Assembly: GCF_018320785.1 (NCBI RefSeq)
Contig: NC_054879.1
Location: 26,456,546-26,520,545 of the forward strand
Reading direction: 5' to 3'
DNA from: Cheilinus undulatus
Taxonomy: Eukaryota
DNA length: 64,000 bases
The translations under genes were made by a program, and so were the position numbers. Of the stretch, positions 37,491 to 50,497 are shown piece by piece. Under the pieces are notes generated by a model. It was not told the origin of the DNA, did no database searches, and saw only the letters and a program-made list of their open reading frames with translations. Position 1 is the first letter of the stretch, and the number at the start of each line of letters is the position of its first letter.

Positions 37491-38759
37491 GACCCCTCTC
37501 CTGTTTCCTTCATTAGAAGTAGATTTCCGAACTCGGTTTAAACTTCAGTAAATTGCCCTGGCCATGTCTAATGCTTTGGTTGCTGCCATGTAACTGAATA
37601 ATTAGACACTGGTGTCAATGAGTGCTTGAACAAGTATACCTAATAAAGTGAACAGTGAGGGTATACCTCTTTCATCTGCATACTGAAATATCTTCACATT
37701 AGGTCATTCATTATATTCCTTGTCAATGAACTGAATCAGATATTGGACTTTAAATCATTTTTTCTCTCTATCAAGGCTGAAATAGTTTTTAATAACAGGA
37801 TAAAACAGAAGGTAGAATGAAATAAACAATGATCCAAGCCCTCAAGGTCCTCTCGTCCATGTCTGAGTAAGATTCTCGGTTACGTAGCAGTTTCATTCCC
37901 TTTGCCGCAGGATAAAAAGGTTTTCTTTATTTTTGTGGAAGTATGTAGGAGGGCTGTTTAGAGGAGGTGTGCTCTTTAGGTGAGAGGGTCGTAAATGGGC
38001 GCAGTATTTCTTCTTTTAGCTCTTTCCTTTTAAAGCACATGAGCAGAGAAAGATCAGTGAATGCTGAACACGGCTCTCCAACATGCTGGATTTATCTCTT
38101 TATCTCTTCAGCTCATCTGCCTGAGAGTGTCTACTCAGTGAAAAAGGCTGGTACATAAAAGGACAGGACTCCTCTTCGGGGTTAAGTTGCTGAAAATATC
38201 CTTTTTAATGTGGTTTTGTCCAATTCCCATTTGCCGATCATATAATACACTTATATAATACACAGCCCTCATCTCTATTTATATACAGTGGTGTAAATCA
38301 GGAGGGATTGCTGCTCTGTGAGGCCAATATTGACCTTGGTTTTTATATTAACACCACATTATAGCTGTCCATACCAGACTATAGGGCCCAACCTTGTGAT
38401 GAATAGCACTCAGCGTTCACCGGACTGACCTATGAGGGTGGGATACACAGGAGAGTCGTGAAAAACAAAAGAGCTAACCTTTCAGCTCATTCAGAGTACC
38501 TTTAGGGTACGCTCACACATAACCTTTTTAGTAGGCTGTAACTGAAGTCCGTTGCTTCAGTCGATGGAGTGAGATCCGTCTGAAAGCTGCCAATTAAATC
38601 CAAAACATCAACCCCAACAAGAAGTTTGGAAAATTTAGTTTCAGTCTGAGGACAAACAAACCGAAACATAGTTAGATCTACAGCAAGAAAGCAAGGACAG
38701 TTAACAGCAAGAGTATGAGAGTTTTGATTCATTGTTGCACCAGTCACTAACTTCTATTT

Positions 38760-39235
38760 AATTTATCCTCTGACAATGTGATCACTGAAACATTTTACCA
38801 ATTCATGAAAAATATTAAATCATTTTGAAAAGTCAGGACAGGGGCATGTTTACAATAGTGTAGCTTGCCCTCTGGACTACAGGCAGGCTAGTTCAGCTCT
38901 TCAATTGTAAGACATGCTGTTGTCTCATAAACCCATATTATTCACAATAGAACATAAAAAAACATATCAGATGTTGAAAATGAAACATTTTACTATTTCA
39001 TGAAAAATATTAGCTCATTTTGAATTTGATGGCAGCACATCTCAAAAAGTAGGGACAGGTCTGTGTTTACCATTGTAGCATCCCCTCTTCTTTTAACAAC
39101 AGCCTGTGAATGTACTGCAAGTGAGATATCCACTTGTTGGAGTTTTGGGAGAGGAATGTTGTCCCCTTCTTGTCTGATGAAGTATTCTAGCTGATCAAAG
39201 AACTGGGTCTTCTTTGTCTGAAATAAAATAAAACA
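38760..39235 (-). mobile_element. Tc1 family-1 3' fragment (C-terminal transposase remnant plus TIR), with an extra partial TIR copy at 38760-38930
   Basis: 38930-39235 is the reverse complement of the 3' end of the 45660-47090 copy. Minus ORF 38993..39262 reads ..IPLPKLQQVDISLAVHSQAVVKRRGDATMVNTDLSLLFEMCCHQIQNELIFFMK. 38760-38930 repeats the TIR core (cattttaccaattcatgaaaaatattaaatcattttgaa..gacaggggcatgtttacaatagtg). Confidence 0.6.
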
Positions 39236-41059
39236 AGCTGCAAGCCAAAAACAGCTGCTCATATCCTGTTATCAGTTCATAGGTTAGATTTCATGTTACA
39301 CCATGAGTCCTGACAGTTTGTGTGGAAAGATTTTATGAAAATACAAATGCTAAAATACTGGTCATATCTTACTGTGTTGCGATGAGAAAACTCAGTTCTT
39401 TTTAAAAACAAAAATGATGAATTTGTACAGACTAGTGCTGATGGTCAACAATGATGTTTTCATTCTCCCCTCTATAATGAGTCTATTTTTATCCCCTCTG
39501 CTTTATTTAAATATATAAATAAACCCAAACAGTAGCATAAGGTGGCAACTAATAAAACTCATGATGCAGAATAGAAGCCATTAAAACAGTTGAGTGGATT
39601 ACCTCTATACATAAAGTCGTCTAGATAGAGTCGTCTCCTCTCTATTAAGGCAGTGTCAATAAAAAAGGAAAGCAACTAAAAGTCAATGGAGCATTGTTTT
39701 GTTTTTTTGTTTTTTTCTGAACCACTTCAGCTGTAAAAGCAACATTTAACAGTTCTTTGTAGAACATGTAAGTTTTGTCCTACATGTCTGATTATTTGCC
39801 AACAAATCATTAAAGCCAACATGCAAGTTTTTAGTGTTTTAGCCTGATATCTCTCATTTTACTGATGTCACTCTATGATCACTGCTGCAGAAGGCATGAA
39901 ACAGATGCAGTCAGTTTTATCTTTGAAACTCAATTCATCCAGAATATTTTGGAGCAACATAAGGTTGGATTAAACCTGTCTTATTATATGACTTCAGACT
40001 TGGGTTTGACAGAAAGAAAAATCAAAGTGCTCTAATGTGTTTTCAGAGGAATCTAGGATAAATCGATGAGGCTGAAATGCTTGGCGGTTTTCACACCAAC
40101 CCACTGCGTTATTCTTCAGGGTCCGTTTATAGAGCAGAAGCTGTGAAAAACAACATAAAATCTTGGTCCAGTGTGCTGCTTTTATCAGCCAGGGTTAAGA
40201 GGAAAGATGACCTAAATATCTGGTGGCAATCAATGGATGGACCGATGCCCTGAAATGCTTTCATTCCAGCCGTTGCATGGACTTATTGAAAAGCTTTGTG
40301 CTCTTAATGGAGGGGAAAAGGAAAAATTGGACACTGCTGCATGAGGCTGCTCTGTGTTCCTCCTGGACTCCCTGAGCTCTGTGTGGTTTGGGTTAATGAA
40401 ACAGGAAACACAAGAGAGCGTGCTTTCAAAGCTTTTTCTGCCGGTGGTTCAGTGGCATTTTTGAAATCAAACCCGCTATTGAATTTGCATCTTAGATATG
40501 ATTGTTTTTGTATCCTGTTCTGTTGTTTGAGGAAAGGCCAGCAGTTGGACATGTTTGGTTTTATGATGCCCACTTGAGGCCAGAATCAGAAAAAATAACC
40601 TGAATCTGTCTGTTACAACCTAGTCACCTAGAAACTCCGTGTTTATATCACTAATATGGTTCACAGGGGAGTGTAACTGGTTCCTGAATTATCTTCATTA
40701 ATGTCACTGGTGCTTTGGTTTATGTAATAAGTAAATACATCTTGTTCTTTCAATATAAATCCAAGCTAATCATCTTTTATCTGCCTTTGCAAAGATACAA
40801 ACCCAAATTTAAAAAAAATGTCAGGACAGAGGCAAGAAAAGGCTGGGAAAGTGGTTGAATGCTTAAAAACCAGCTGAAACAGTCCTCAGGCAAGTAGGTG
40901 AAATGGTAGCAGGTGATAGTAGCAAAATTGGGTTTGAAAGGAGCATTTCTGAAGGACTCAGTCATTCACAATCAAAGTGACTTGAGCTTCTCCACTTTGG
41001 CAAAGACTTCAAAGACAAATGTCCAACAGTTCATGAACAAAGTTTGTTAACATGCCATT

Positions 41060-42250
41060 ACAAGGAATTTGTAGATTTTACCATCTAGAGTCCTTAATAT
41101 CATCAAAAGATTTAGAGAATCTCGAGAAATCTCCAAATGCAGGGGCAAGGCTGAAAAGCCAGTATCTGTGATGGTGTGAGGGTGTATTAGTGACAGTGGT
41201 ACGGGTTACTTGCACATCTGTGAAGGCACTATTAATACTGAGAAGTACAGGTTTTGGAACAAATGTCTTTTTCAGGGTTGTCACTGATCATTTTAGCAAG
41301 ACAATGCCAAACCACATTGTACTTGAGTTACGACAGCATGGCTTCACAGTAAAAGAGTGTGGGTATATCAGCCTGGTGCATTATGAAGCACAAAAAATGA
41401 CAACGCACACTCCACACAGTTAAGAAATTAAGATATACTTAAAGCAAGAATGGGAAATAATTCCACTTTCAATACTTCAATGATGAGACCGTTTCCCAAC
41501 TAGACATGACACAGGCTATGGAAAGGCTCTGATAGCATGCAAGTAAAGAGGCGCAATGCAGCATGACATTTTCTCCCCCAGTGTCTATTTTTCTTCCTGT
41601 TTTTCATGTTTTGAGATTTGCAAAATAGAAGCAAAGAAGTCAATAATAAGAGACACAAATATTTCCTCAATTTTCTTTCACTTTCCTCACTCTACAAAGC
41701 CTGTTAGCTTGTTTTACAAAGTGGAGATAACTGTGAATTAATTACATTCATATCTGTGACTGGATTGCTTGTGTCAACACAAAGCTGTTAAGCCATCGTC
41801 AATTAAAAAAGCATCACACTTCCTTTTTGTCCACATTTTTTAAAAAAGCCAGTTGTCATATTTTTATGAAGGGAAAACAAACAAAAAATACAGAGCAGAG
41901 AGTTAATTTTCTTTCATGAATTCAGCGTGGACAGGAAGCATATGATGCTCATGATGCATGATGTCTGTCTCTTACATGTTAGAAGAAAAGATGGTGTATC
42001 ACAGAGGTAAACATGCTCATGTCCCAAATTTTTTGAGACATGTTGCAGGCATCAAATTCAGAATGTGTGTCCCTTTCCAAGCAACAATAAAGTTTACCAG
42101 TTTGGACATTAATCATCCTGCCTTTGTGCTGTATTTCATTGATTATAGGTTGAAAATGATTTGCAAATCAATGTTTTCTGTTTCATATACATTTTACATG
42201 ATGTCCCAACAGTGTTGTCACTTATTTAATTTGTATGCAATCATGTCTCT
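41060..42250 (+). mobile_element. Degenerate, internally rearranged Tc1 family-1 copy
   Basis: 41060-41400 fuses the N-terminal HTH (PSRVLNIIKRFRESREIS) directly to a mid-DDE segment (GYLHICEGTINTEKY..FQGCH..QDNAKPHCT..TTAWLHSKRVWV). 41975-42250 is a 3'-end/TIR segment homologous to 130-365 and 3640-3700 (aaaagatggtgtatcacagaggtaaacatgctcatgtccc). The intervening 41400-41960 is of uncertain origin. ORF 41958..42395 (145 aa) lies in this TIR region and is not a gene. Confidence 0.45.
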
Positions 42251-45200
42251 TCTTGAATTCTGTCTCAACACCTACAAAAGCTGGCACACAGAGGCAACTT
42301 TAAGAGTGGCACCTTGTTGCATACCAGTGGCTTCTTGTGGTCAAGTTCCCAGGCTCCTTTGCTGCATGTCCTTCCCCACTCTCCCGTCCTCCTAGTTTCA
42401 GACTTCATCTACTGTCCTGTCAGATTTTATCTCAATAAAGGCACTTAAAGCCTAAAATAAATGTTTAAAAGATGATGATTCCCAGTTCCAGTGGTATGGT
42501 TTCTGTTGTACCAAGTTTTCTGGAAATTCTTCTAAAAACCAAAACTAAAGCATAGACAGGGTGTAGGGTGAAGCTGTCAAAACTTTTTTTCTGTCAGTTT
42601 GAGTTACCTCCCTTGAAATTACCCTTTCAGGAAATGTCTTGACTATTTTTTTGGTCATTCCAGTTTGTAAAAGCAGTAAAATGTAACCCTAGTCGGGGCA
42701 TAAATGGCCTACAACCTCAATATAAAAAGCATGAAAGTTCACTTATTAGATTAACACAGAAGCATCCCAAATAGAAGCTGTAGCCATGTAAATCAATCTA
42801 ACGGCTGAGATATTAGATCAGTAGCGTATCCAGACGATGGTGCACAGTGAGAGCAGCATGAAATTAGATTTCAGGAAGGCGGCACCAGTGAAAGTGACTG
42901 GCTTCACTCAAAATATCTGGCAGAGGAGAAAAATACGAGGAGCATACACCTTAGGACATCTTTTTCAGGATTCTGCTTCATGGGCTGTCAGTCTTAAAAG
43001 GAAATGGAAAATCTACATGTAAAAGTCCCACATGCACAATTTATGAATAAGGAGAAAGCAAGTATCCCCGTATATTTTACCGGTGCAAGGATTTGGAAAA
43101 AAAAAAACATGAAAGGGATTGAGGGAAGAGGCTCACAGAGAGGAAAAAAACTAAAATGTTTGCTCTCAGTATCAAGTTTAATCTCTTTGTAAAAGAGAAA
43201 GTAAAACCTGAAAGTAAAACTTCTTTAAACTTCTGAGATGTTTGACATTTTTATGCAAAGGTCACAGCTTATTGAGTTCAACAAAGATTTAAGTTAAATC
43301 TATATTTAAAATGTCAAAAAATAAAAAGTAGAGAGTTATTGCCTTTGCACATGGTTTAAGACACATTAAACCAAAGGAGTGTTGATGTTTAGGTTGTACA
43401 TTATGTTTTTACTTGAAAAAGCTTGATTTTATCCTCTCCACTTAAAGCTGGCTGTAAAAACCTCCTAAGTCTCGTACTCGGCCCTTAAAAAAATCTAATT
43501 TTTTGGGGCACAGATGGCCTTGTGCAGAGGTCATGCCCCATGCATGCAGGTTGCTCTTCCCCTTGCTCTCAGCTGTTTCCAATACTATCCACTGTCCACC
43601 TCCTTTATCAATAAAGGCATAAAAGCCCTAAAATACTTTATATCCAATAATACATCTGAAAGAGATATATCTAAAAAATATTTTTTACAGCAGACATGTA
43701 GTCTGAATAGCTGTTTTTTTAATTAGCACAATCTGTACTTCAGATGAATTCTTGTAAAACTCATCTGAGTTCCCTCTTATCTTCCTCTCAAAGACACTGA
43801 GAGGGTGATGCATACATTTTTATCATCTTGATTTGACTACTGCATTTCCTTGTAGGTGGCCCTGGACAATTTCTCCGTCCAGCATCTGCAGCTGCCTGCC
43901 TCCAAACAGGCACAAAAAGAGTGACCACTTTACACCAGTTTTGCCTGCTCTTTTACAATTATTGAAATATTCTCTATAAAAGCTTTCTCAGTAAAGTATC
44001 CTGATGTTTATGCAAATCATGGCCTAGCTATGAAGCTTGAGGTTACTTTATTTTATGATTTAGTTCAGTGTGCCCATCCACATTGTTTACATTACGAAAA
44101 AGATATAATTATGTATTAAGAAAAAGGGGTTACATTTTGAAAATGCTATATAGAACTTCAGTGTATATAAATACAATTAATCTCTTGTTGCTTTGATAAG
44201 GTTGGCTATTATTTAAGTTTGAAATAAAATATGGCTATCTCAAATTAACTTTAAAATGGACTGTGATTTTCTTGACCTCCATGGCCCCCCAATGTAGGGA
44301 AAGCTCTCCCCCCTTTGTCCCCCCTTATGGGCGGCTTTGTATACTACATTTGTTTTTTCAATGCATTTATTTATTTTAAAACCACAGAGATTCAAACATT
44401 TTTATAATGCACATCTTTATGAATTAGTAGTATTTAAGTATTTTTTTAAAAGAGGTGGTTCCATCAGGTATGGAATGAGTTCCTGCATTTTTCTGTTGAA
44501 CATAAAAAAGGCTTAAACATATTTAATGCACTTGCTTATATAAGCTGTCCCCTGTTGCTCTGTGTTAACCACAGATATTGACATTACATAAATTAATTGG
44601 GCGCCCATTGCCAACATTTATGAGGAGAATTGCTTTCACACCCGGCGGCTAAGAAAACAGTATCGAGTTCTGTTTATTATGTCAGGAGCCATTAATTTGC
44701 TGCCAGCTTTATATTGAATATGTTATCAGAAACCTGGCAAGCGAGCAGGAGCAAAGACAAAATGAGCCAATTTAACACTGTTTGTCAGGACGAGTCAGAT
44801 TTCACTGCCCGCTGGACTTTTTTTTTGTCTGACTTGGAATCTGTAAAATAAATTTGTTCGGCCTCATTCTCTCGAGGTGTTTGCACCTGTACCTGAATTT
44901 TTATCTACAGTGCTTCCATTAGGGCTCAATGATGCAGAACTGCAATGGGACGGTAATTTTCTGTTTTCTGACAAGGAAGCTCATTGTCTGTTAATGTGTT
45001 CTGTTGCCAAGTCGTACACTTTTCAGCTGCAAACAACAACCTTGATTTCAGCTCTTCAGTCACGTACTAGGCTCCTTTCATTAATTTCAGAGACAAAGGT
45101 GGAGGAACATTAATTAAAGCCAGCAAAAATAGCTGCTGAAGAAGCGTGGAGCATGATTCATTTTACATTTTTACTCTGCATGGACAAGATATTACTTATA

Positions 45201-45659
45201 TATAATGTTTGATAAGAGAGCAGCGGAGGTCATTTTCTGATGCGAACTTTATTTATTCCAGCATTATAACCCACCTGAATCTTTTCATCCACTAAAGACT
45301 CAGATTGCTACCGCTAAGAGAATTGCTCAAATAGAAATGGGAAAAAAGTACATTGGATAAGTGAAGTGTTATTGACTTCTAAAAACTTTGTTCAAATGAG
45401 GCCTTGAGAGATTTATAGCTGATTTTTTTTCTCTGGATATTTTTTCTTAAACCACTTATTCAACTCACTCTGGCCATTAGACCTTGAAGTGCATAAAATA
45501 CAACCCCTTTGTGCAAGACTCTTGAATGTATATTTATGCTCCACAAAATGTTTTTCCCCAGAAAACTTCATCAATTCCTGAGGGGAAAACATCCTTAACA
45601 CTCTCTTCTAATTTTTTTACATGTTACACACAATACACACAGGCCAGGATTGCATCCAA

Positions 45660-47090
45660 GCGCTTGTACAATCCTACAGGCATGCACTAATGACTGGAAA
45701 AGTAAGTGGTACTAATGTGAAAAACTGCTGGAGGAGCATTCTGACACTTATTTGGCTAATTGGCAACATGGTCAGTAACATGAGTGGGTACCAAAAAAGC
45801 ATTTTAGAGAGGCAGAGTCTCTCAGAAGTAAAGATGGGCAGAGGTTCATCAGTCTTAGAGAAAACTGTATCTAAAAATTATGGAAAATTTTCAGAAAAAT
45901 GTGCCAAAATGTAAAGTTGCCAACAATTTGAATATCCTACCATCTACAGTACATAATATCAAAAGATTCAGGGAATCTGGAGAAATCTCTGTGAGCAGGG
46001 AACAAGGCCAAAGGTCAATATTGAATGCTGGTGATCATCAGGCCCTCAGGGTCCACTGCATTAAAAAATGGCATGATTCTGTTATGGAAATTGCTACATG
46101 AGCTCAGGAACACTTCCAGAAATCATTGTTTGTCAATACAGTTAGCCGTGCAATGCACAAATACAGGTTAAAGCTGCATACAAAGAAGACTTCCTATTTG
46201 AATATAATCCAGAAATAATGCTATCTTCTCTGGGCCAAAGCTCTCTTTAAAAGGACTGTGGCAAAATGGAAAACTGTTCTGTGGTCAGATGAATTTAAAA
46301 TTTGAAATTCTTTATGGAGACAGCACACACTTGTGTTCAGTGCACAGTTCAAAAGCCCACCTCTCTGACGATATGGGGTTGCATTAGTGCCTACGGCATG
46401 GGCAGCTTACATACCTGGAAAGGGACTATCAATGCTGAAAAGTAGATAGAGGTATTAGAGCTACATATGCTCCTAATAGAGGATGTCTCTTTCAGGGAAG
46501 GCCTTGTATATTTCAGCAACGACAATGCTAAACCACACACCACATCCATCACAACAGCATGGCTTCACAGTAGAAGAGTCTGGGTGCTGAACTGACCTAG
46601 CTGCAGTCCAGACCTTTCACTAATAGAAAACATTAGAAGCATCAAAAAACAAAATACAAAAAATCGGACAAAGAAGACCCAGTTTTTTGATCAGCTAGAA
46701 TGCTACATCAGACAAGAATGGGACAAAATCCCTCTCCCAAAACTCCAGCAAGTGATCTCCTCACACATTTACAGACTGTTGTTAAAAGAAGAGGGGATGG
46801 TGCACAATGGTAAGCATGGACCTGTCCCTACTTTTTTGAGTTGTGCTGCTATCAATTCAAGATGAGCTAATATTTTTCATGAAATTCTAAAATGCTTCAT
46901 TTTCTACATCTGACATGTTTGTGTTCTAATGTGAATGACGGGTGTATGAGTTTTGCAAATCATTGCATCAGTTTTTATTTACATTATAGAACTTTTTTGG
47001 AATTAGTGTTCTCAATCAAAACAACTGAAAAAGATGAACATTTTGCCAAAAAAAATCTTGATTGTAATAATCGGACATCCTGACAGAATC
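45660..47090 (+). mobile_element. Tc1 family-1 element, most complete copy (5' TIR missing), ~1.43 kb
   Basis: Homologous to 3240-3955 at both ends. The internal transposase reading is interrupted by several stops and frameshifts (see the pseudogene entry). Confidence 0.75.
45832..46812 (+). pseudogene. Tc1-family transposase, pseudogenised (multiple frameshifts and stops)
   Basis: Pieced translation: MGRGSSVLEKTVSKNYGKFSEKCAKM / PSTVHNIKRFRESGEISVSREQGQRSILNAGDHQALRVHCIKKWHDSVMEIAT / WAKALFKRTVAKWKTVLWSDEFK / YIPGKGLSMLKS..LYISATTMLNHTPHPSQQHGFTVEESG..DLAAVQTFH / ..PKTPASDLLTHLQTVVKRRGDGAQW. The HTH, DDE and C-terminal segments are all present but not in one frame. Confidence 0.65.
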
Positions 47091-48899
47091 CAAGTCTGTC
47101 AAAATGCATTGAGGTCTATGTGATCTTTATTTGACCCATGTCCCATCTGTTATCACTGGGGGGTGGGGGCAGCTCTAAATAGCCTGGTTTCATTCCTTTC
47201 TCTCCTGACTGTTGCTCTGTTAATCTTAATATACAGTCTATGAGACTAACACATGAACTAACTGAATGATTAGCTGCAGGAGAATGATGTCTCTGATTAA
47301 GAGAAAGTGTCAGAAAAGTGCAGTTTGAGATCATGAAGGAAATACCCGTTAAATAAGAAGTAATATTTCAAGTGATTCAGTAGATTAAACAGGAGTCAGT
47401 GCATCAATTAAGCCTAATAATTCTTGTGAAATGGTATCCTTTTATAATTCCCAGTGATCTCCAATTCATGAAAATTCATTAACAGAGGTATCAGCTACAG
47501 CTAAGTGTGGACTTCTGAAACATCCAAAGACCTCCACAGGATAGAGCTGCCTGAAGTAGAGAAAAAAGAAGAAACTGGTGTAGAAATTCAGACCTCAGAC
47601 TGATCTCAAGAACTGATATAAAAGATGTAAAGAGGTGTATAGACTCAGCCTTGAATGGGGAAAATGGTAGGCTGGTAGGCCTACTGTTTAAGGGTGTAAC
47701 AGAGGTCACGCTTCATTTTCTCCTTTGTGAAAAGCAACCAAAAATTCAGGCTATATATTTTTAGGTATCTCTTATTTATGTATAGATAGTCCTGCAGCAG
47801 TAGGAACCCATTCTTACCCACAATGTAGCAGCAATCAGACTAAGTTGGCATTAAAAAACCAGCTTGTGGATTTATGGCAGCATTGTAATGTCCCACGCAA
47901 GACATACCATAAAAGAGCTGTCCTATATATTTCCTTTTCTTCTGAAGTCACATTTGATCAGGCAAGTTTCTGTGAGATCTCTGAGTACATTCAGAGGATT
48001 ATAAGGTAGAAAATCAGCTAAAATGTTCCTCCGACCATGTTTTTAAAATTGGTAAAGATCTTAAATGCATCTATTGCCTAGGCCAGCCTTAAGATTGCAT
48101 GTTGTGGGACACTGTAATGAGATTTAAACACTTGAAGCTTGGACTCTTCCACCACTTCAAATGTTCTCATAGCCTTATTAAGTTCAGTAATGTCTTTGAC
48201 CCTCAGTATGCTTTTAAAAAACACCACATAGTTCACTTTAAACAAACTGTGTTGGACTAGGTATCCTTTCTTTCAGATTCAGCACTTTTTCCTGCACAAT
48301 TTTATGTCAACATGGATTTAAAACTGAACTTGCAGCCTATTTTCAGCTTCCACAATGACCCTTTTACCTCCAAACATGAAAGCTTTCCCTTTTAGTCTCA
48401 GCACCTCTTCAGTCTCTTTCTCTCTGGGAGCGGAGCAAGCACAAAAATATGAATGCTGACTGTTTTGATCGTTGTTCTGTACAAAGCAATCTGCTGCAGA
48501 TGTGGAGAAAGCAACAATAAACAGAGGGGCTGTTTGTCTTTCTATACATGTCTGTTTGGATCATGGCAGGATAAATCTGTTAGGGGGCCCCGGGGCAAAC
48601 ACTTGCCGCAGGGGGTGGAAGGGAGTGAGTACTCTGTCTCAGTCTCAAGAAGTCGCACAGCAGAATACAATATGGCAGCTCCATCTTAACCAGTGGACTG
48701 AAGAGCGAGTAGTCCTCTTATGATTATTCACTAGTTTATACTGCACTGTTGTTTAAACTATGAAGCATGTGGGCATTCACACTTCCTATCTAGATAAATA
48801 GTCACACAATGAACCATGACATCTTAGCTGCAACATAAATGGCTTTTGCTTGTTGTAGGTTAGAATAACATGAGACCTAATGGGATGTTCCCTCTCTGG

Positions 48900-50497
48900 A
48901 TGCAATTGCTTAAAAGCTCTTTTTCTCTCAAACCAAAGGCTGCAAAGGCAATGCTCTTGTATTATTTCAGACCAAAGTATGTGGATTCCTAAAGCCAAAT
49001 CACATTCTTAGTTTGCAAAGCTTACCAAACTGCACCCATTACAATAAATGAATGACTTACTAATTCAATCAGGATTCAGCACCCACCACACTTCTCTCTT
49101 AAAAGTCACTAACGACCTGCTTTTAGCTGCTGACTGGTGCATGTTCTATTTTAATCTTGCTGGACTTGAGCTCTGCCTTTGATACTGTTGATCATGGCAT
49201 CCTCTTAAGCTGCCTTCAACAGTACCTTGGCATTAAAGACATTGCTCTAGTTTGGTTCCATTCCTATTTATCTGAAAGATCATTTTCCTTTGTTATTGGT
49301 GAATGTTCCTCCTCCCCTGCCCCCCTAACTTGTGGTGTACCACAGGGGTCCATTCTTGGTCCCCTATAATTCTCCATTTACATGCTCCCTCTGGGTCGCC
49401 TTATTCAGAATTGTAATATCAAACATTATTTTTATACTGATGACACACAACTATATGTCTCCCTGACCAGTAGCCACCCCGATGAATTGTGTCATGTTAT
49501 GGCCTGTCTCTCAGACATTAAATGTTGGATGTCGCAAAACTCCCTTCAGCTCAATGAATCAAAATCAGAAGTCCTGTTATTTGCACCCCCACCCCAGCAC
49601 CACCCTGAAAAACAATCTCAACAACCTTACTGCAAATTTGAAACACTCCCTCAGCAATTTAGGTGTGTTTTTCAACCCAGAGCTTAGTTTTGACACCCAA
49701 ATAACCAAGGTCACTCAATCCTGCTTTCTCCAGATCAGAAACGTTGCAAAAATACTTTTTTTTTCTCTCCTATCCAGACCTTGAAAAAGTTATCCATGCT
49801 TTCATTTCTTATCTCCCTTATCTCGTATCTCCCAAAAATCTATTTCCCATCTCCAACTTGTCCAAAATTCAGCAGCCAGACTTTTAACAAACTCCAAGAG
49901 ACAAGACCATATCACCCCCATTCTCGCTTCTCTGGCTACTGGTCAAGTACACGGCTGATTTTAAACTTTTACTTATTACTTTAAAAGCATTGCACGGGCT
50001 TGCCCAACATACAACACAGATTTACTAACACCCTGCAAGCCTAGCCGCTGTCTTCATTTTTCTATTTTTTCTGTAAGAGCTCCACTACTGACTCCCTACC
50101 TGAGGAACTGAGGTTGGCTAATTCCTTGCCCTCTTTTAAATCACTCCTTAAAACCTACTTTCACAGAAAGGCTTTTCTATAGTAAATCTGTTTTAATAGT
50201 TTTACCCCACCTCTGTGTATTATGCTAATAGTTTTATTGTTTTATTATCTGTTCAGACCCTGTCACCAATTTATAGTTGCCTGTTTACTTTCATTTTGTT
50301 TATATAACCTGACAGTTTTAATCTCACACTGTTAAAACTATGCTCTTGCGCTCAATGTTTTTTATATTCTTTATTTATTCTATCTTATTATGTTGTTTGT
50401 TTTAATTGGTGTGCATTTTATTTCATGATGTAAAGCACTTTTGTAATAGTGTTTTGGAAGGTGCTATGTATATAAAATTATTATTATTATTATTACT
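48900..50497 (+). mobile_element. L2/CR1-type LINE, RT domain plus 3' UTR ending in an (ATT)n tail; frame-shifted
   Basis: ORFs 49157..49369 and 49382..49687 read [69 protein letters not shown] and ..HYFYTDDTQLYVS.. (RT motifs LDLSAAFDTV / GVPQGSVLGP / YADDTQLY). Upstream, frame-shifted [13 protein letters not shown] matches [10 protein letters not shown]. The 3' end ..tataaaattattattattattatt lies at 50475-50497. Confidence 0.75.

Noticed and set aside
41958-42395. 145-aa ORF as a protein-coding gene
   Set aside because: It lies in the terminal/TIR region of a Tc1 family-1 copy (homologous to 130-365 and 3640-3955) and is a chance open frame.
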